64,000 bases of DNA from Azolla caroliniana (lineage: Eukaryota > Plantae > Polypodiophyta), in the NCBI GenBank assembly GCA_043228905.1, contig JBHGNT010000006.1:15624001-15688000 (forward strand), given 5' to 3'. Of the stretch, positions 62,490-64,000 are shown piece by piece (position 1 is the stretch's first letter; every line of letters starts with the position of its first letter). A program made the translations under genes and the position numbers. Below the pieces are notes generated by a model that was not told where the DNA came from, made no database searches, and was given only the letters and a program-made list of their open reading frames with translations.

Positions 62490-64000
62490 CATACAGGTTG
62501 TTTGGCCATTCTGGCTATTGGTCGGCCATTCCGACCATTTCGGTTCCTCCTGCCACTCCATCTTTGTCTTCGGCTCTGTTGCCATCGAGCTCATCTTTCG
62601 GCAACTCTGGTTGTCTATTTAGGGTTTTAGGCAACCGTCGTTCCTTCCGGCTGTTGGTTGCTGTCCAGTTCAGCTGCCTCCGTTCCGGCGCCATTCGGTC
62701 ACTCCGACCGTTATGTGTCTTTGCGCATTCTAGATATCGATCCAACCGCTATCCAACTATTCGGCCCATTCTGGTTGTCGTTTGGCGGTTCTCTATCCAG
62801 CCCATCAAGCCACTCCGGTCACTTCGGCCGCGCCTCGGCCACTATTTGGCCGCTCGTCCATCGTTCCGGCTCCATCTCTGACCGTTGTTGTCGTCCTTGT
62901 CTTTTTGGTTGTCTCTCGCACAACGCTTTCCTGCACACCCACATTGTCGTTAACTGCATGCTTGAACATACGTTTGTTGCGTATCCTTTTGCGACGTCCT
63001 CTCGCACAACATCACCATGTTGCATTCGTCGACCTCGATGGCTTCCAATCAACATCACCATTTCCCGCACATCCTCCATTTGATTTCTCGCACATTTCAT
63101 CGTTGCCATGTCTTTGCTGTGTTACAATAGTCTTCGACTTCGTCTCCAAAGGGGGATCGCATCATGGTCACCAAAATTGTGTTGTATGTGGGTTGGATAA
63201 GCCACTAACACAGGGTGTCCCTTCGGAACACTTCACCAAAGGGGTGGTATTGTAAGGAATGTCCAGACCGTAATACATAACCGATTCTTCCCGGTTACTA
63301 TCCGGAATGATTAACTTGATACATGCCTATGATAATCACATTAAGCACAGAACGACATTAACAAGATTAACAGTATGTAAAGCTACAACACTTCTTTATT
63401 AATTATCCGTTGTTAATTACATCGTTGTTATCGGTTTTAGGGTTAGGATAGAGGATGATGATGATAAATGATAATGTATGTGTGATGATGATGGTGAGAG
63501 AGAACATGAAGAACAAGAGAAGCATTGAGGGGTGGGGGGTGGTGCCTAGAATGGCTCCACCCCCCTCCCAAGGGGGTTCAACGTTAGGGAAGAGAGAGAG
63601 AGAGAAACATGTCAAAGAGAGAGAGAGAGAAATGTTCTTTTTCATTCATTCCCCATAAGGGGTTAAATAGGTACAAAGGGGTAGATCCACAAGAGTGTAA
63701 GCACCCTTGGCATTCACACCTAGTCACTCATTCACACCTCTTTTTATCTACCACACACACTTACATTCACACTCATAATCGTGTAACATTACACATACAT
63801 ATCAACACATTACATTTTTCACCCTCACTTATCACACTTATCAATCACCCGTACATCTCGTACGGTAACCATCTTCTCCGGATCCTTTTATAGGTATCCG
63901 GATGTGTTACAAACTGGTGCCAACCGGCAACCGGCTATGAACTGATCCAGATTCGGATTGGCATACCAATTCTAGGTTCGTCTGTCCTATCTTATAATTA
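62490..64000 (-). mobile_element. 5' LTR (LTR-2 family, 63180 to beyond the window end), PBS and leader of a minus-strand element
   Basis: Homologous to LTR 21173-21621 on both sides of the solo-LTR insertion; degenerate Trp-type PBS TGGTGACCATGATGCGAT at 63156-63173. Confidence 0.75.
63426..63870 (-). repeat. Solo LTR (LTR-1 family) inserted in the LTR-2 copy
   Basis: Reverse-complement homolog of 1022-1524; TSD ATCGT/ATCTT at 63421-63425 and 63871-63875. Confidence 0.85.

Noticed and set aside
63148-63156. AAAGGGGGA as the PPT of a plus-strand element
   Set aside because: It lies about 25 nt from the LTR edge, and a Trp-type PBS on the minus strand occupies the adjacent position. It remains only a weak hint for the two-direction model.

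Overview
This window is a fully repetitive, nested transposable-element block from a eukaryote. The element types (Tcn1-like chromoviruses, Copia with tRNA-iMet primer-binding sites (PBS), LINEs with zf-RVT) suggest a non-seed land plant, but that is inference. No conventional host gene is evident. I resolved several elements by LTR pairs and target-site duplications (TSDs): Gypsy A 4160-9821; Copia F 10559-34781, hosting Gypsy B/C, Gypsy G and a LINE; and a three-LTR element at 46532-50165. Three things stand out. (1) A roughly 13.5 kb DNA-transposon-like unit (about 40.4-54.0 kb) pairs a DDD/E transposase with a divergently transcribed, six-exon gene encoding a ParB-like domain fused to a prokaryotic-type beta-class amino (N6A/N4C) DNA methyltransferase; its first intron holds a 51-bp array of long palindromes. 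(2) Three LTR elements carry a tRNA-3'-end-identical motif where the polypurine tract (PPT) should be, effectively a second, inverted PBS. (3) Nine LTR copies from two Gypsy lineages carry an antisense tRNA-like Pol III A/B-box module in U3; in the chromoviruses it lies next to heat-shock-element arrays. All calls were made by eye, with no database searches.
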